Part shown: in pieces, positions 45,966-58,047 of the stretch | How positions within the stretch are numbered: position 1 is the stretch's first letter | Layout of the letters: every line of letters starts with the position of its first letter | Assembly (NCBI RefSeq): GCF_000372725.1 | Contig: NW_005201792.1 | Location: 499,440 to 563,439, forward strand | From: Emiliania huxleyi CCMP1516 | Taxonomy: Eukaryota | DNA: 64,000 bases | Reading direction: 5' to 3' | The notes under the pieces: model-generated | The model's input: only the letters and a program-made list of their open reading frames with translations | The model's database searches: none | Told to the model about the DNA's origin: nothing | Made by a program: the position numbers and the translations under genes

Positions 45966-48451
45966 ATGGGCCGAGGTAGCAACCCGCAGATGGGCGAGAC
46001 CTCCATCAGCGTCGTCGCTCGCTTCCGCCCCGCGCGGCCTGGCGCCTCGGTTGACGGCGACGTTCGCTTTGGGGACGATGGGCTGTCCGTGGAGACGGCG
46101 GCGAGCAGCCACACCTTTGACGGCGTGCTACCGCCGCACGCGTCGCAAGAGGAGACGTACGCGCAGGTCTCTCCCATCGTGGAGGCGGTGCTGCAGGGGT
46201 ACAACGGCACGGTGCTCGCGTATGGGCAGACCGGCTCTGGCAAGACGCACAGCGTGACTGGCACTGCGCGAGACCCCGGCATCCTGCAACGCGCGGTGCG
46301 GCACATATTTGAGTGGATCCGGTCCGACGCGGGCGCCGCGACGCACCGGCTCACCTGCTCCTACCTCGAGATCTACAAGGAGAATGTGCGCGACCTGCTC
46401 GAGCCGTCGGACGCTTCCCTCTCTGTGAGGGAATCGGGCAAGCGCGGCGTCTTCGTGGACGGGCTGAGCCAGGCGCAGGTGACGAAGGAGGAGGAGGCGC
46501 CGCGCTTGGCCGGCGGCAGGCCGCGCCGCCGCCTCTCCGCCCCCGAGCCCCTCCCGCCCCTTTTCCGCAGGTGCTTCGCTGCCTCGAGACCGGCGGATCG
46601 AGCCGGAGGGTTGGCGCCACGCAGATGAACGCGCAGTCCTCGCGCTCGCACGCGCTGCTCACGCTCACGCTTGAGCGGAAGGGCGCGGACGGCTCGGTGC
46701 GGGTGTCGCGGCTCAACGTGGCCGATCTCGCCGGCTCCGAGAAGGTTAGCCGGACGGGCGCGGCGGGCGAGCCTTCTCGAGGAGAGGGCAGAGGTGCGGC
46801 TGGGCGGGAGCTGGCGTGAGCCTTCTCGGAAGTGTCCTCCAGGCGAGACGCTGGAGGAGGCCAAGGGCATCAACGCGTCGCTCTCGGCTCCGCCGCCTCC
46901 CTCCGCCCTCCCCGCCGCAGCCGCGCCTGCCTGAGGTCTGGCTTGCAACTCCCAGGCGCTCTCGATGGTCATCTCCGCCCTCGCCGACGGGAAGGCGCAC
47001 TCGCCGAGCCTGTGATTGAGACCGTTGGTGAGGAATCACTCTGAACTTGCTGGCGAAAAGGCGCACGTCCCGTACCGCAACTCGAAGCTGACGCGCATCC
47101 TGCAAGAGTCGCTCGGAGGCAACTCCAAGACGCTGCTGCTCGTCGCCTGCTCGCCAGAGGAGAGCGACGCCTCCGAGACGCACTCGACGCTGCTCTTCGC
47201 CTCGCGCGCAAAGACGATTCAGACCGTCGCCGTGGTCAACACCATCCTCCCGCCCGAGCAGCCGCCCGACCCGCGCCAGACGGAGCTGAGCGAGACCAAC
47301 GAGCAGCTGCGAGCAGAGCTGGCCGAAGCGCACGCCAAGCTCGCTCAGCTTCGCAGCGACTGCGGCGGTGGCGACTGCGGCGGCGGCGGCGGGGGCTATT
47401 CTGGCGGCCGCGGCGGCAGTGGGTCTAGCGACGATTGGGGCGTCGGCGGTGCAGCCGCGCCAGAGTCGCGATATGGGTGGAGTGAAGCGGCGGAGGCGGC
47501 GGCGGCGGCGGCGGCAGCCGCAGCGGAGGCGGCGGCGGCAGAAGCTGCGGAGGGCGCGGCGCAACTCGGGCAGCAGCTCGCTGCAGCCGACGCGCGCGCT
47601 GATGACTTGCAGCAGCGGCTCGAGGAGAGCGAGCACGACCTTGTGGCGCTGCAGGCTGTCGGGCGGTCGCACGAGGCCGAGGCGGAGGGGCTGCGGGCCG
47701 AGGCGGAGGAGCTGCGCGCGCGGCTCGAGGAGGCGATGCGGGCGCGGGCGGGGGAGGAGGGAGAGATGCGGGCGCGGCTGGAGGAGGCGGAGGGGCGGCG
47801 CGAGGCCGAGGCGGCGGAGCTGCAGCGCATCCGCGGCGAGCTTCAGCGGCTCCGCCGGCCGAGGAGGGTGGCGCCCGGCCGCGGGTCTTTGCACGGCGAC
47901 GTGGCCGCCGCGCTGAGAGAGCTCGAGGAGGAGGCGGACACGGCGCGGCGCAGGGGCGGGAGGGACGACGCCTTGCAGAGCACCGTCGCGGAGCTCCGGC
48001 TGCAGCTGAGCGAGCAGCGGAGGCGGGCCTTGCCGCCGCCGGGGGGGGAGGGGAGGGACGGGACGGGATCACGCGCGTGCCCGCAAGTGGCCGTGCCCGC
48101 CCGCAGCGGTTCGTCAGGGCCCAAAAACAAGGGCGATGCGGACGCTGACACCCCCTCCCCTTCACCCTTTGCAGGTGGGCGGCGGCCGAGGTGGCGGAGC
48201 TGCGCAGGCAGCTCAAGCAGCCCGTTCCGGCGGCCCCGCACCCCACGCCGAGGCACGTGCGGACAGCGCCCGTCGAAGCGCAGCCAGAGGCGCCGCTCAC
48301 GACGCCCCCTCGCCGCCGCCACTCATGGTGGTGGAGGCTATTCATTCGAGCTCGCCGGTGCCCCGAGCCCGACAGCAGCGCCACCGGCGCAGTCGCCTCG
48401 CCCCCGAGCGATATGCGGACGAGCTCGAGGGCGCTGTCGGGGTTCGTGTGA
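45966..48451 (+). CDS. N-terminal-motor kinesin (kinesin-1-like) with coiled-coil tail, multi-exon
   Basis: [25 protein letters not shown] (P-loop), [23 protein letters not shown] (switch I), DLAGSE (switch II), [23 protein letters not shown]. The last exon is tentative. Confidence 0.92.
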
Positions 48452-48610
48452 AAGCTGCACGACCTGAAGCGGGAAGCGCGCGTTCAGGAGCGCTGTGTGG
48501 GTTTTGTTACATCCCAAGGCTTATGATCCGATCTGTGACGCGTGGATATCGAGCGCGCAAAAAAACGCTCCGGCCGGCCTCTCTCAGCTCTCTGTCTCTC
48601 GTGACTCGTC

Positions 48611-48980
48611 TAGAGCTGTCAAACGTTAAGAGCTGAACAGTGTTGCTAGTGTTAACAGTAACAACAGAACAACAGTGGGGCTCCCCAACAACAGTAGCTA
48701 ACGTTAGGCCAGCTGAACAACAATAAGGAAGGCCTGGCAGTGACCCACGACGATCTCCAGCGTCCAGTGCGGGTAATACCCGAAAATACCTGGAAACCCC
48801 CAGGTATTTTCGGGTTTTACCCGGGTTTTTGGCATTTTCTGCTTGCTGACCACTGAACAACAGTAACAACAGTAACAAACAGTAACAGCTTGGGCTGGGG
48901 AGAACACTTGAACAACGTTGAGGATTTTCAGCCAACAATAGTGCAACTGTTAGGCCCAAAGTTAACGTTTGACAGCTCTA
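48611..48980. mobile_element. hAT-type MITE, 370 bp
   Basis: Perfect 19-bp TIRs TAGAGCTGTCAAACGTTAA / TTAACGTTTGACAGCTCTA; perfect 8-bp TSD GACTCGTC (48603-48610, 48981-48988); AACAG/AACAA subterminal repeats. Confidence 0.9.
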
Positions 48981-50445
48981 GACTCGTCAGCACTCCGCGC
49001 GCGTGCGTCGACCGTCGTGCGTCGAGGTACTGAGGAGCCGTCGTACGTACGAGGAGCCGTCGAGCGCACGCCCGTGCCCCGCCCCCGTGAGCCGTGAGCC
49101 GTGTACGGGGGGAAGGACCGTGAGTTGACGGAAATCGGAGGACGCGACCCACTTCGTCGCCACAGACGGTCCCGCGCCTCGCCGCTATGACGGGGACACA
49201 CCCCGCACCGTCCGCTGTGTCCCCGTCTTTGTCCGGAGTGAAAAGTCCAACGCGCTCGTCGGTGACGGCTTCCTCCAACCTGCGCCGCGCTCGGCGAACC
49301 TCGACAGCGCCCTTGGTGGCATGCAGCTCTTTGCGCCTGGAAGCCTGGAGTGAAGCTCCTCTGCTGCTCACACACTCTGCACAGTTGACACAGCCTACTG
49401 TGCGGCTGCCACAGCTGTGACAGCGATGGGCTCGCCCTCACTGGCCCTCAGTCACTTGTGCTGCGGCTTGTGTGAGCAACACTGCTCGGCGACTGCCGGC
49501 ACGCTGTGTGTGAGACCATGGGTGGGTGTGAGGTAAAACCACGCTACCAGCCTACCAGCGCTTGGTCACATCAGCCCTGAGGTCAGATTCTTCTCCTCTG
49601 TTGATGGTAACACTTGTCTACTCGCTGGAGCCGAGCAGGAGGGCCTGTGAGCAAAGTCGGCGGGGGGGGCGGCGGGGGGGGGGGAGGGGGGGGCGTCGCG
49701 GGGGAGCGGGGGAGGAAGAGGGGGAGGGACCCGATTGAGGAGGAGGCGGTGGGTGTGGAAGGTGGGGAGGAGGGGGGCGTGTTTGGGGAGATGGGGGATC
49801 GGGGGGGGCGGGCGGAGGAGGTGGGCGCCTCGAGTGAGGCGGGGGATGGGGGCGGGCGGCGACACCCGAGGAACAAGCGCAGGCGCGCGAAACCGCGTCG
49901 GGCGAGGGAGTATGACCGGGCCCGAGGATAGCATGGTACCGAGTAGCGTGGGGAGCGTGCTTTGCGTGTGTAGTACGTCTGCGAGTTGCTACTTTACCTT
50001 CTCCAACCGGCTAAAAGCCTGCCCGTCGCCCCCCCCCCCCCCGCCCCAGGGAGAGAACGACGAGGGTGGGACGACCGCGAGGTGGCATGAAGGTTGCAGC
50101 GAGAATCGGCGAGAGACTGCGAAGAGAGATAGGAAGAGGCAGACTCCCTAGGGTGGGCGACGGATAGCGCACCACACACCTCTCCTTAAAATCCCTGTGT
50201 GGTGGCGGCGTGCCGTCCTCCCATCCCTCCCTTGGTTGTCTGTTTTCTTTCTTTTTTCGCTGCCTAGAAAGCAACCCAATGCGCGAGGACCGGTTGCGGA
50301 ATTCTTTATTCCGTGCCTAGTGTCGTGCGAGGGAGTTCTTGTAACATTCTTTATTCCAACGTAAAATTCTTTTTTTCAACCTGGTTCGCTTCGGCTCCTC
50401 TCCTGGACCAAGTCTCGCCACTGCTCTCGCACCTCACTCCCACCC

Positions 50446-51102
50446 ATGCTCGACGCATCCAACCTCGGAGACCTCGCGGCGGAGGACTGGCAGTGGCCCG
50501 AGGAGGGCGCGCAGCGCTCGGCCTACTATGCTCCCAACCGCGTCGAGACGCAGGAGCCGCCGGCGCCCAAGCCAGAGCCCAAGCTGCTGAAGCGGGGGAG
50601 CGCCGCGCCGGCGGCGTCGAGCGAGGCCGCAGCGGTCGGCGCCGCGGGCGGAGCCGCGCCGGCGCAGCGCACGGTCCACATCTCGGACTATGCGTGGGCT
50701 GACGACGGTCTGCACGTCAAGGTGTACCTGAGCGTGCCTGGCGTGCGGCGTGAGGCAGTCCAGTGTGAATTTCGCGACGACGCGGTCGACTTTGCAGCCG
50801 AGGGCCTGCCCGACGGCACGAGGCGGGTGCTCGCGCTCCGCCGACTCTACGACCACATCCACCCTCCCGGCTGCTCGTGCAAGGTGCTCGAGTCCAAGGG
50901 CAAGGTTGTGCTCGCCCTCGCCAAGCCGCCGCGCAGCACCACCTTTGACGCGGTCAAGGATTGGCGGACGCTCACGCTGGCCTGCGGCGCCGAGCGCATA
51001 GACGTCGCCGACCCGTTCGCCTCCCACCAGCAGAAGAGCTTTGACGGGATGATGGCGGGTCTGCCGCCACTGCCAGCCAAGTCTGCGGCGAGGCCGCACT
51101 GA
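50446..51102 (+). CDS. CS (p23/CacyBP/SGT1-like) domain co-chaperone protein, intronless
   Basis: HISDYAWADDGLHVKVYLSVPGV...VQCEF...LALRRLYDHIHP..CSCKV..GKVVLALAK...W pattern. Confidence 0.75.
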   Translation: MLDASNLGDLAAEDWQWPEEGAQRSAYYAPNRVETQEPPAPKPEPKLLKRGSAAPAASSEAAAVGAAGGAAPAQRTVHISDYAWADDGLHVKVYLSVPGVRREAVQCEFRDDAVDFAAEGLPDGTRRVLALRRLYDHIHPPGCSCKVLESKGKVVLALAKPPRSTTFDAVKDWRTLTLACGAERIDVADPFASHQQKSFDGMMAGLPPLPAKSAARPH

Positions 51103-51376
51103 CGGCTCGGCGAGGACTATACAGCACAAGAGATATCAACTGATTTTGGTGACTGGTCGTTTAAAATGACGTTTCTCACACAAATCTGCAGCTCACTCTA
51201 GGCCCCGGGGGACTGGGCGCGAGAGATCGATGTACATACACAGCTACGCGGGCCCCGCGCTTTACGTTGCGCGCGCCCCGCGCGCGCACGAACAGTGCGA
51301 CAACGTCAAAGAGGAGAGCTAGCCCAACCCGCAAAAGACACAGCGCAAATGAGATACATAGTACATCCAAAGCCAA

Positions 51377-54045
51377 TCATTCGGCTTTGGGCTTGCCGTC
51401 CGCGTCGACAGGCGCGGTGCTCCCCGGCGCCTGGGGTGGCGCAGGCAGCGCCTCGCTGCCCTCCTCCTCGCCCACCTGCCCAAACTCGTTCGCGCGGCGC
51501 GAGTCGACCCCGTACGCCCAACGCTGGTAGAGGTAGACGACGAAGATGAGGTCGTCGCGCAGGCAGGAGAGGCGGTGCATGGTTGGCATGGTGATGACGA
51601 AGGCGAAGAGGTCGTCGACGAAGGTGTTGAGCGCCTTGTACATGAAGGTCTTCCACGGCATGTGCGCGGTCGACTTGAGCCGGTAGTTGATGAAGAGCTG
51701 CGGCGTCATCTTGATGAAGCCAAACGAGTACACGCTGTGCGACAAGCGGAGGGATCGCCAAGCGGCGGCGGGGCGGGGGGCGGGGCGGGCGGCGGGCCCT
51801 CCCTCACCAGCCGACCACGGCGCGCAGCAGCCACGAGTACCAAGACTTGTGCTCGTCGTAAAGCAGCGAGTAGGACGCGTAGCCGACCGCCAGCGGCGCG
51901 ATCACGCGGCCGAGGTACGCCATCGCCTCCTCGTCGTGCGCCTTTGTGTCGGAGAGCACGTACGAGTCGGCCGCCGTGAGCTGCAGCCGCGGCCGCCACG
52001 ACCCGGCTGGCCAGCGCAGTGCGACCGACTTGACGATCTTGCGCAGCTTCCAGGCCTCGATGAGCAGGCCGACGCCGTTGGAGAGGAGGATGACCTAGGC
52101 GAGCCTCGCCGAGGTGAGCCGAGGCCGAGGCTGCACCGCCGTGGGGTGGCGAGGAGGAGGCTGGCCCAGGAGGTGTCCGAGTCGAGGAGGTAGAGGAAGA
52201 TGACGGCCTGGATGAAGAGGTTGAGGAGCAGCGAGTTGAGGGAGATGCCCTTCATCGACTTGTTGTCGCGCCAGAACTGGACGTCGTTCTTGAAGGCGAG
52301 GAAGTCGAAGAGGCTGTGCAGCAGCGAGACAGCCATCGTCAGGCCGAGCAGCCACGGGTTGGTCTCGAGCAGCATCCTGCGCATCTCCTCCACCATCTCG
52401 TCGCCGTGCACCGCCGCCTGCGCCGCGAGGGGCCGCGTCATCCACCTCCGCTGCGTCTCGGCTCAGCCTAGGGCGACGTCTCCGCTGTGCATCTGGGCCC
52501 GCATCTGGGTCCGCATCTCGGCTGCGTCTCGGCTGCGTCTCGGCCTGCATCTCGAGGGATTGTGTCATCTGCATGCCGAGCTGCCACTTGACCAGACTCG
52601 TCGGCGCGAGACTCACGGTGAGGTTGAGGTACCCGGTGGAGGCGTTGAGGCGAGGCATGCCGCTGCGCAGGCTCCACAGCTCGTTGACGTACAGCGGCGG
52701 CGTGTAGGCGCCCGTCGCAGGCTCGACGCGCAGGGCGTGCCGCATCTGTGGCGGGATGCCGTTCGGCGGGAAGGAGGTGAAGTCCGAGAGGAGGTCGAGC
52801 CTACGGCGCGTGTCGCGGGCGTGTGTCGTCGACGTGTCGTGGACAGATCCCTCGAGCGGGAGAGGTGGAGGGCGAGCCGGACGGCGCCACCCGCCCAGTG
52901 AGGAAAGACGTCGAACTCGCCCGTGCCGGTGCTGTGCAGCGTCCGCATCACGTCGAGCAGCGACGAATCCGCGCCGCCACCGCCCCCTCCGCCGCCGCCA
53001 GACGCTGCCTCGCCGCCGCCGCTCCCTCCCAGCGCGACCTCGCGGCCCGCCGAGCCGCCGCCGCCGCCCTCCGCAGGCGCAGCCTCGTGGTCCGGCGCAG
53101 CCTCGTGGTCCGGCGCAGCCCGGTGGTCCGGCGCAGCCTCGTGGTCCGGCGCAGCCCGGTGGTCCGGCGCAGCCTCGTGGTCTGGCGCAGCCTCGTGGTC
53201 TGGCGCGGGGTCCGCAGACGTGCTGGGAAGGGCGTGTCCGCCTGGTGGGTTGCCCTCACCACCGCCGGCCCCGTCACCGCCCTCGACCTCCCCGCCGCCC
53301 GCCTCCTCGCCCGACAGCAGCCTCTTGGTGCTCGACTTCCTGCGCACCTTTTGCTGCCGCACCAGAGGGACGTGCGCCTGCGGGAGAGGCAGGCGCGCGG
53401 GGGCGTGGGCGAGGGCCAGGGGGAGAGGCAGCGAGGGCCAGGCGGGAGCGAGGGCGGGAGCGAGCGAGCCAGGCGGCGAGGGCGGCGGCGAGGGCGGCGG
53501 AGGTGGGGGCAGAGGGCGAGGGCGGGATGCGCCTCCGTCACAGCGGCAGCAGCCGGGACGGTTGCGATCCCCGGCGGCGGGACGACCGACACGTAGGCGT
53601 GGAGCCAGAGCTGCGAGCGGTTGGCTCTCAGCTCGTCTGTTGGCTCGAGCGTCAAGCTCACCGTGTGGCTGCAGTCCGCCTCGTCTGCGGCGCCGTAGAC
53701 GAGGCCCTCGGCGGTGGCGACTAGCCCGCGGGACGCAGCGGCCGCGTCTGTGGCGGGGACGACCGCCGCGCCTCCGGCGGACGGATCCAGGTGCGGCCGC
53801 TCAAAGTGTGCGCCGTCCGAGAGGTAGAGCTGCAGGGCGAGCTTCGATCCGCGAGGCCACGCGTTGACGTGCGGCGGCCTGGTCACGCGCTGCACCTCTC
53901 CGGCTTCGGCCGGTGCCGCCTGCGCCTGTGCCTGCTTCGCCTTTAGTCTCGCCGGCTTGAGGATGAAGTTGTTGACGCAGTAAAAGACGCAGGCGTAACA
54001 AAAGACGAAGCGAAAGATCTGATGCAAGGCGCCCGACACAGCCAT
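51377..54045 (-). CDS. CLPTM1: CLPTM1/CLPTM1L family membrane protein, multi-exon
   Basis: RMLLETNPWLLGLTMAVSLLHSLFDFLAFKNDVQFW; GFIKMTPQLFINYRLKSTAHMPWKTFMYKALNTFVDDLFAFVITMPTMHRLSCLRDD...YQRW.Y.VD..R.NEFG. Confidence 0.95.
53077..53206. repeat. 18-bp coding tandem repeat (about 7 copies) encoding (APDHEA/APDHRA)n in CLPTM1
   Basis: GGCGCAGCCTCGTGGTCC units. Confidence 0.9.
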
Positions 54046-54823
54046 CGGGCTGCCTGGTACGTGCTACGACTGTCTGGTCCCGCGCTACGACGGTCTGCCG
54101 AGCCGCCACGCGGCTGCCCGACTCGCACCGCTGCGGTCTTCGGCGTCCCTCGGCTCGAGCCCCACACAGCGACACCGTGCTGGCCGCGAACAGGCCAATC
54201 GATTTTTTTTCAGTATTTTCGGCGGACATTCCCGTAGGAGGACTCTGCTGACAGGGTTTGCGATGAGGAGCGACCCGAAGGGTTTCTCGGAGGTTAGTTT
54301 TCAACGCCGAGAAGAAGTCTCATGGATCTTGTTTTGTGTGCGCTTTCTCTTGTCTCGAGCTCTCGACGAGAAGGCAAAAAGAAAGAAAGAAAACAGACAA
54401 CCCAAGGGAGGGATGGGAGGACGGCAGAAAGAAAGACAGAAAACGGACAACCCAAGGGAGGGATGGGAGGACGGCACGCCGCCACTTCCCGTTTTTTAGG
54501 AAGTCACGCTTTCTTTGTACTCTCGTGAGGCTGTGAAAGCACGCCCAAATTAGCGGATTTGGGTACTTGCCCCCGAAGGCAAGTGCGTCTGCACCGCTCA
54601 ATAAGAGGGCTCCCGCGGCGATCAACACCACAACTCCTTTTCTAAAAAAATCGAGCACAATTGCGTTACATGGGCATGGCCGGGGTTTCTGCACCGAACG
54701 ATCTTACTTTCGGTCTATCGAAAGTGTTGCGCCATAAAGTACTTTCTTTGCCGCCGCCGAGTTCTTTTGTTTATATTCTTTGCCGCCGCAAGGCCGCTTT
54801 CGTGCGCTGGTTAGGGCATCACG

Positions 54824-56527
54824 ATGAAGCGCCCGCGCCCGGTTGCCGTATCAGACGAGTCGTTCTCCGCGTACCTCGCGCACCTTTCGGCCCTCGTCAG
54901 CATACGGACGGTCACCAGCGACGCCCACGCCACCGCGGCAGGCATCGAGCACTGTCGAAAGGCCCTTGTTGCTCTGCTCGAGCCGTTCGGCTGGCGCGTG
55001 AGCACCGATGTGGAGGGCAACCTTCGGTGCGAGCCGCGGTCGGACGCCATCGACCCTTCGCGGCCGCTGCTCTGGCTGTGCGCTCACATCGACACTGTGG
55101 ACGCAGATCCGGTCGACTTTGGCGGCCACGACCCATTTTCCTGCCGGGAGACGCAGTCGCACCTGGTGGGACGTGGCACAAACGACTGCAAGGCGGGCGT
55201 CGCGTTCATGCTCTGGTACGCCGAGCAGCTGGCGGCCGGGGCCCTTCCGGCATTCAACGGCGGCTTCTTGGTGACGCGCTACGAGGAGGCCGGCTCACAC
55301 CAGCCGCGCTCGGCGACCGCGTTTGCTCGGTCCCTCGCGTCTGGCGAGCTTCAGCTGGCCGAGGCTCCCCACAAGACGTTCTTCATGATCCTGGAGAACA
55401 CGGTCAGGCTACGCCCGGCTGGCGCGGCTGAGATAGGCGTCTACGATCGCGAGAGGCATTCCGTGTCGCTCCGGTGCAAGGGCGGGCTCGCGGCGCTGGG
55501 GTCTGCGCTGCTCGCGCTGGAGGACCATGTGGAGTGGAAGACGGTGAGCATCTGGCCGACGAACGTCTCGGAGGACGCCGCGCTCGGGGCGTTCGGGCTG
55601 GCCGGCTCGGCGCTCAGGGTGCTAGCGCAGGAGGGCGGACACTCGTGCACAGTGCGGAACGCAGACAACCACGTCTGGAGGCAGCTCGTGCGCGCCGCCG
55701 TCGGAGGAGGGAGTGCAGGCGACGGCGACAACGGGGCCGGCGCGGCGCTGCCCGTGTCGACGGTGCTCGCTTGGTCTTCGTCGCTCACGGACGGCGGGGC
55801 CGGCGGGAGCGATGCGGCGCCGGGACTGCTGTGGAGCGGCAGCGAGGCCCAGCCGACGCGCGTGAGCTCCAGGGTCGCCGTCCTTCCTCGGGAGGCCGTG
55901 GCGGAGGCCGTGGTGCGCAGCGTGGCTGATCGCGCGGGAGGCGGTAGAGGGCGCGAGGATCGAGCGGCGACGGAGGGCTGCAAGCCACCGAGCCTCGCTG
56001 CGCAGCTGAGTGCGGCGGCGTTGGGCGGAGACGTCGAGCACACACTGCTCCTCAATTACCGCGGCCTCCGCCCACTGCGCGAGGTGCGCGCCCAGATCGC
56101 GCAGCTGGAGGCCGCGCTCCCGTCGGCCGTGCACCTGGTCGGCGACGACCTCGAGGGCGGTGCGGGCGCCCAGCAGGCGTGTTTCGTCGCGAGCTCCTCT
56201 CTGCCACGTGTCCTCGAGGCTGCCATCGACGGCATCAACGACGGTGCCGCCAACGAGGGCACCCTCACGCTCAAGTACGAGCCCAACCCCGGCCGCTCAG
56301 ACGCGTCGCACTTGTGGCGCGGTCTGCCGGAGGAGCTGCGGGGCGAGCGCGTCGTCCCCTTCACGTGTGGGCCGGGCCACCGCTCGCACCGCGACGCGGA
56401 GGGCACCATGCGCAAGACGCACGGGCCCAACGAGGGGTTCCACAAGGCGGCGGGTCGGCAGGTGTTGCCCTTCTTTGTCGCGGCCGTCGCCGCGTTTGCC
56501 TTACCCGATCACAAGTATGATATGTGA
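54824..56527 (+). CDS. M20-family metallopeptidase / amidohydrolase (ArgE/DapE-like), intronless
   Basis: LWLCAHIDTV, LVGRGTNDCKAGVA, YEEAG, ILEN, GRSDASHL and THGPNE supply the M20 metal-ligand and catalytic residues. Confidence 0.85.
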   Translation: MKRPRPVAVSDESFSAYLAHLSALVSIRTVTSDAHATAAGIEHCRKALVALLEPFGWRVSTDVEGNLRCEPRSDAIDPSRPLLWLCAHIDTVDADPVDFGGHDPFSCRETQSHLVGRGTNDCKAGVAFMLWYAEQLAAGALPAFNGGFLVTRYEEAGSHQPRSATAFARSLASGELQLAEAPHKTFFMILENTVRLRPAGAAEIGVYDRERHSVSLRCKGGLAALGSALLALEDHVEWKTVSIWPTNVSEDAALGAFGLAGSALRVLAQEGGHSCTVRNADNHVWRQLVRAAVGGGSAGDGDNGAGAALPVSTVLAWSSSLTDGGAGGSDAAPGLLWSGSEAQPTRVSSRVAVLPREAVAEAVVRSVADRAGGGRGREDRAATEGCKPPSLAAQLSAAALGGDVEHTLLLNYRGLRPLREVRAQIAQLEAALPSAVHLVGDDLEGGAGAQQACFVASSSLPRVLEAAIDGINDGAANEGTLTLKYEPNPGRSDASHLWRGLPEELRGERVVPFTCGPGHRSHRDAEGTMRKTHGPNEGFHKAAGRQVLPFFVAAVAAFALPDHKYDM

Positions 56528-57992
56528 TATCCAACCTGATTTGCTAGGACCGTGGTCCGTGGACTGGAATATATGAGTCGAGCTCGTCGCTTTTCCCCGA
56601 TTCCCCCTCACAGCCTTGAGGGGCTGAGCCTCGCTGTCCGCAGGATGAGCTTCAGCCTGTCTCAGGACACACGTCGCGGGGGTCTCACGGGAGGAAAGGA
56701 ACAAGTGTCTCACCGACTCGTGTTGTGCACAGGGCGTGAGCTTCGTATATGGTTGCTTCCCCCAGGATTAGTCTTCTCTGCTTGCGGGAAGAGGGAACAC
56801 CCTCGGGCGGCCGGGTGGGGCTGCGGCTGCGGGCTGGAGCTAGCATGGCTCGATAGAGCCGAGACCCCGTGTTGGAGGCGGCGCGCTCCTTTGGGCGGCT
56901 GTGTTGAATCAGCAGATCATTCTAATATCGATCAACCCTCCCTCTCTCTCTCTTGAGACTCGGCTCTAGTGTCGGAGAGTGGATGTGAGTCAAAGATGGC
57001 CGGATCGAAATCAGCGCCGTGGCGACAACGACAAGGGGGGCTCTCCAAGGCGAGCCGTTCGTTGTTCGAGGTGCTTGGTCGTGTACAGTGTTGGTTTCGG
57101 CGTAACGTAGGCTTGGTCAGGGCAGCATCTAGCTGCTCTTGGATTTCCCGGAAGACGGCGTCAAGAAGAAGCTCACCCCAGAAGCACACGGAAAGAATGC
57201 TCCAGTCCTGAGCTTGAGCACCTAGACTACCTAGGGCAAGCGCGTAGATGCCGAAGCCCACGTTCTTGGACAAGATCGCGGCGACTTGCATTCGAGGGGA
57301 TCCGACGAAGGGACCAGACCGTTTTGAGTAACCGGACAAGCCGCCGGTGGCATCTCTTTCCACCCAAGAAGCCCGTTTGGAGGGATGGGCGGCAGTGTGC
57401 GGGCGGTGAAGTGCTAGTCCTCTCATCAATTTAGAACGAAACGCCCCTCCCTCCCTTCTTCCCTCTATCCCTTTTGCTCTCTAACCTAGACACAGACAGA
57501 CTGTTCACCAACCAATCCTCTACCCCTCCCTCTCTCCCCATCCTAGACTCCCTCCACGCGTCCGATCTGGCCAGCCTGCGGCAAACATACTCGCGCGGGA
57601 GCATTTCACTCTAGCTGAGGGGCTCGCTAAACGCCCGCCGAGCTCCATGCTGTGCAACACCTCCTCACTAATCGTCAGGGGCGCGGAGAGCGCAGTGCAC
57701 TGCGGTGAGGCTGCGCAGCGGGGGCTCGCCCCCTGCACCGCGCTCAGCGGCGCAGGCGGGAGGGCGGTCGGTGGCGGCGGCGGCGAGGCGCGAGGCGGTG
57801 GCGGCGGTGGTGCGGGCGGCGGGATGACAGGGGAGGCGGCGGGATTGACAGGGGAGGCGGCGGCCACGAGCGGAGCGGCGCGAGAAGGGGGGGGGGCGGC
57901 GGCGAGGCGCCGGTGAGCGAGGCGCCCGCGCCATATCAGAGAGGGACGCGCCGCTGCGAGATGGAGGGCGGCGGTGACGGAGGCGAGGCGCG

Positions 57993-57993
57993 A

Positions 57994-58045
<52 letters not shown>
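57993..58045. repeat. (GGC)n trinucleotide repeat
   Basis: Directly visible. Confidence 0.95.

Positions 58046-58047
<2 letters not shown>

Noticed and set aside
49664..49860. G-rich tract with G-quadruplex potential
   Set aside because: Similar G/C homopolymer tracts are common throughout this window (for example 28380-28690), so it is not distinctive.
56932..57429. 165-codon lower-GC ORF, perhaps a retroelement remnant
   Set aside because: No RT, endonuclease or other motif recognised.
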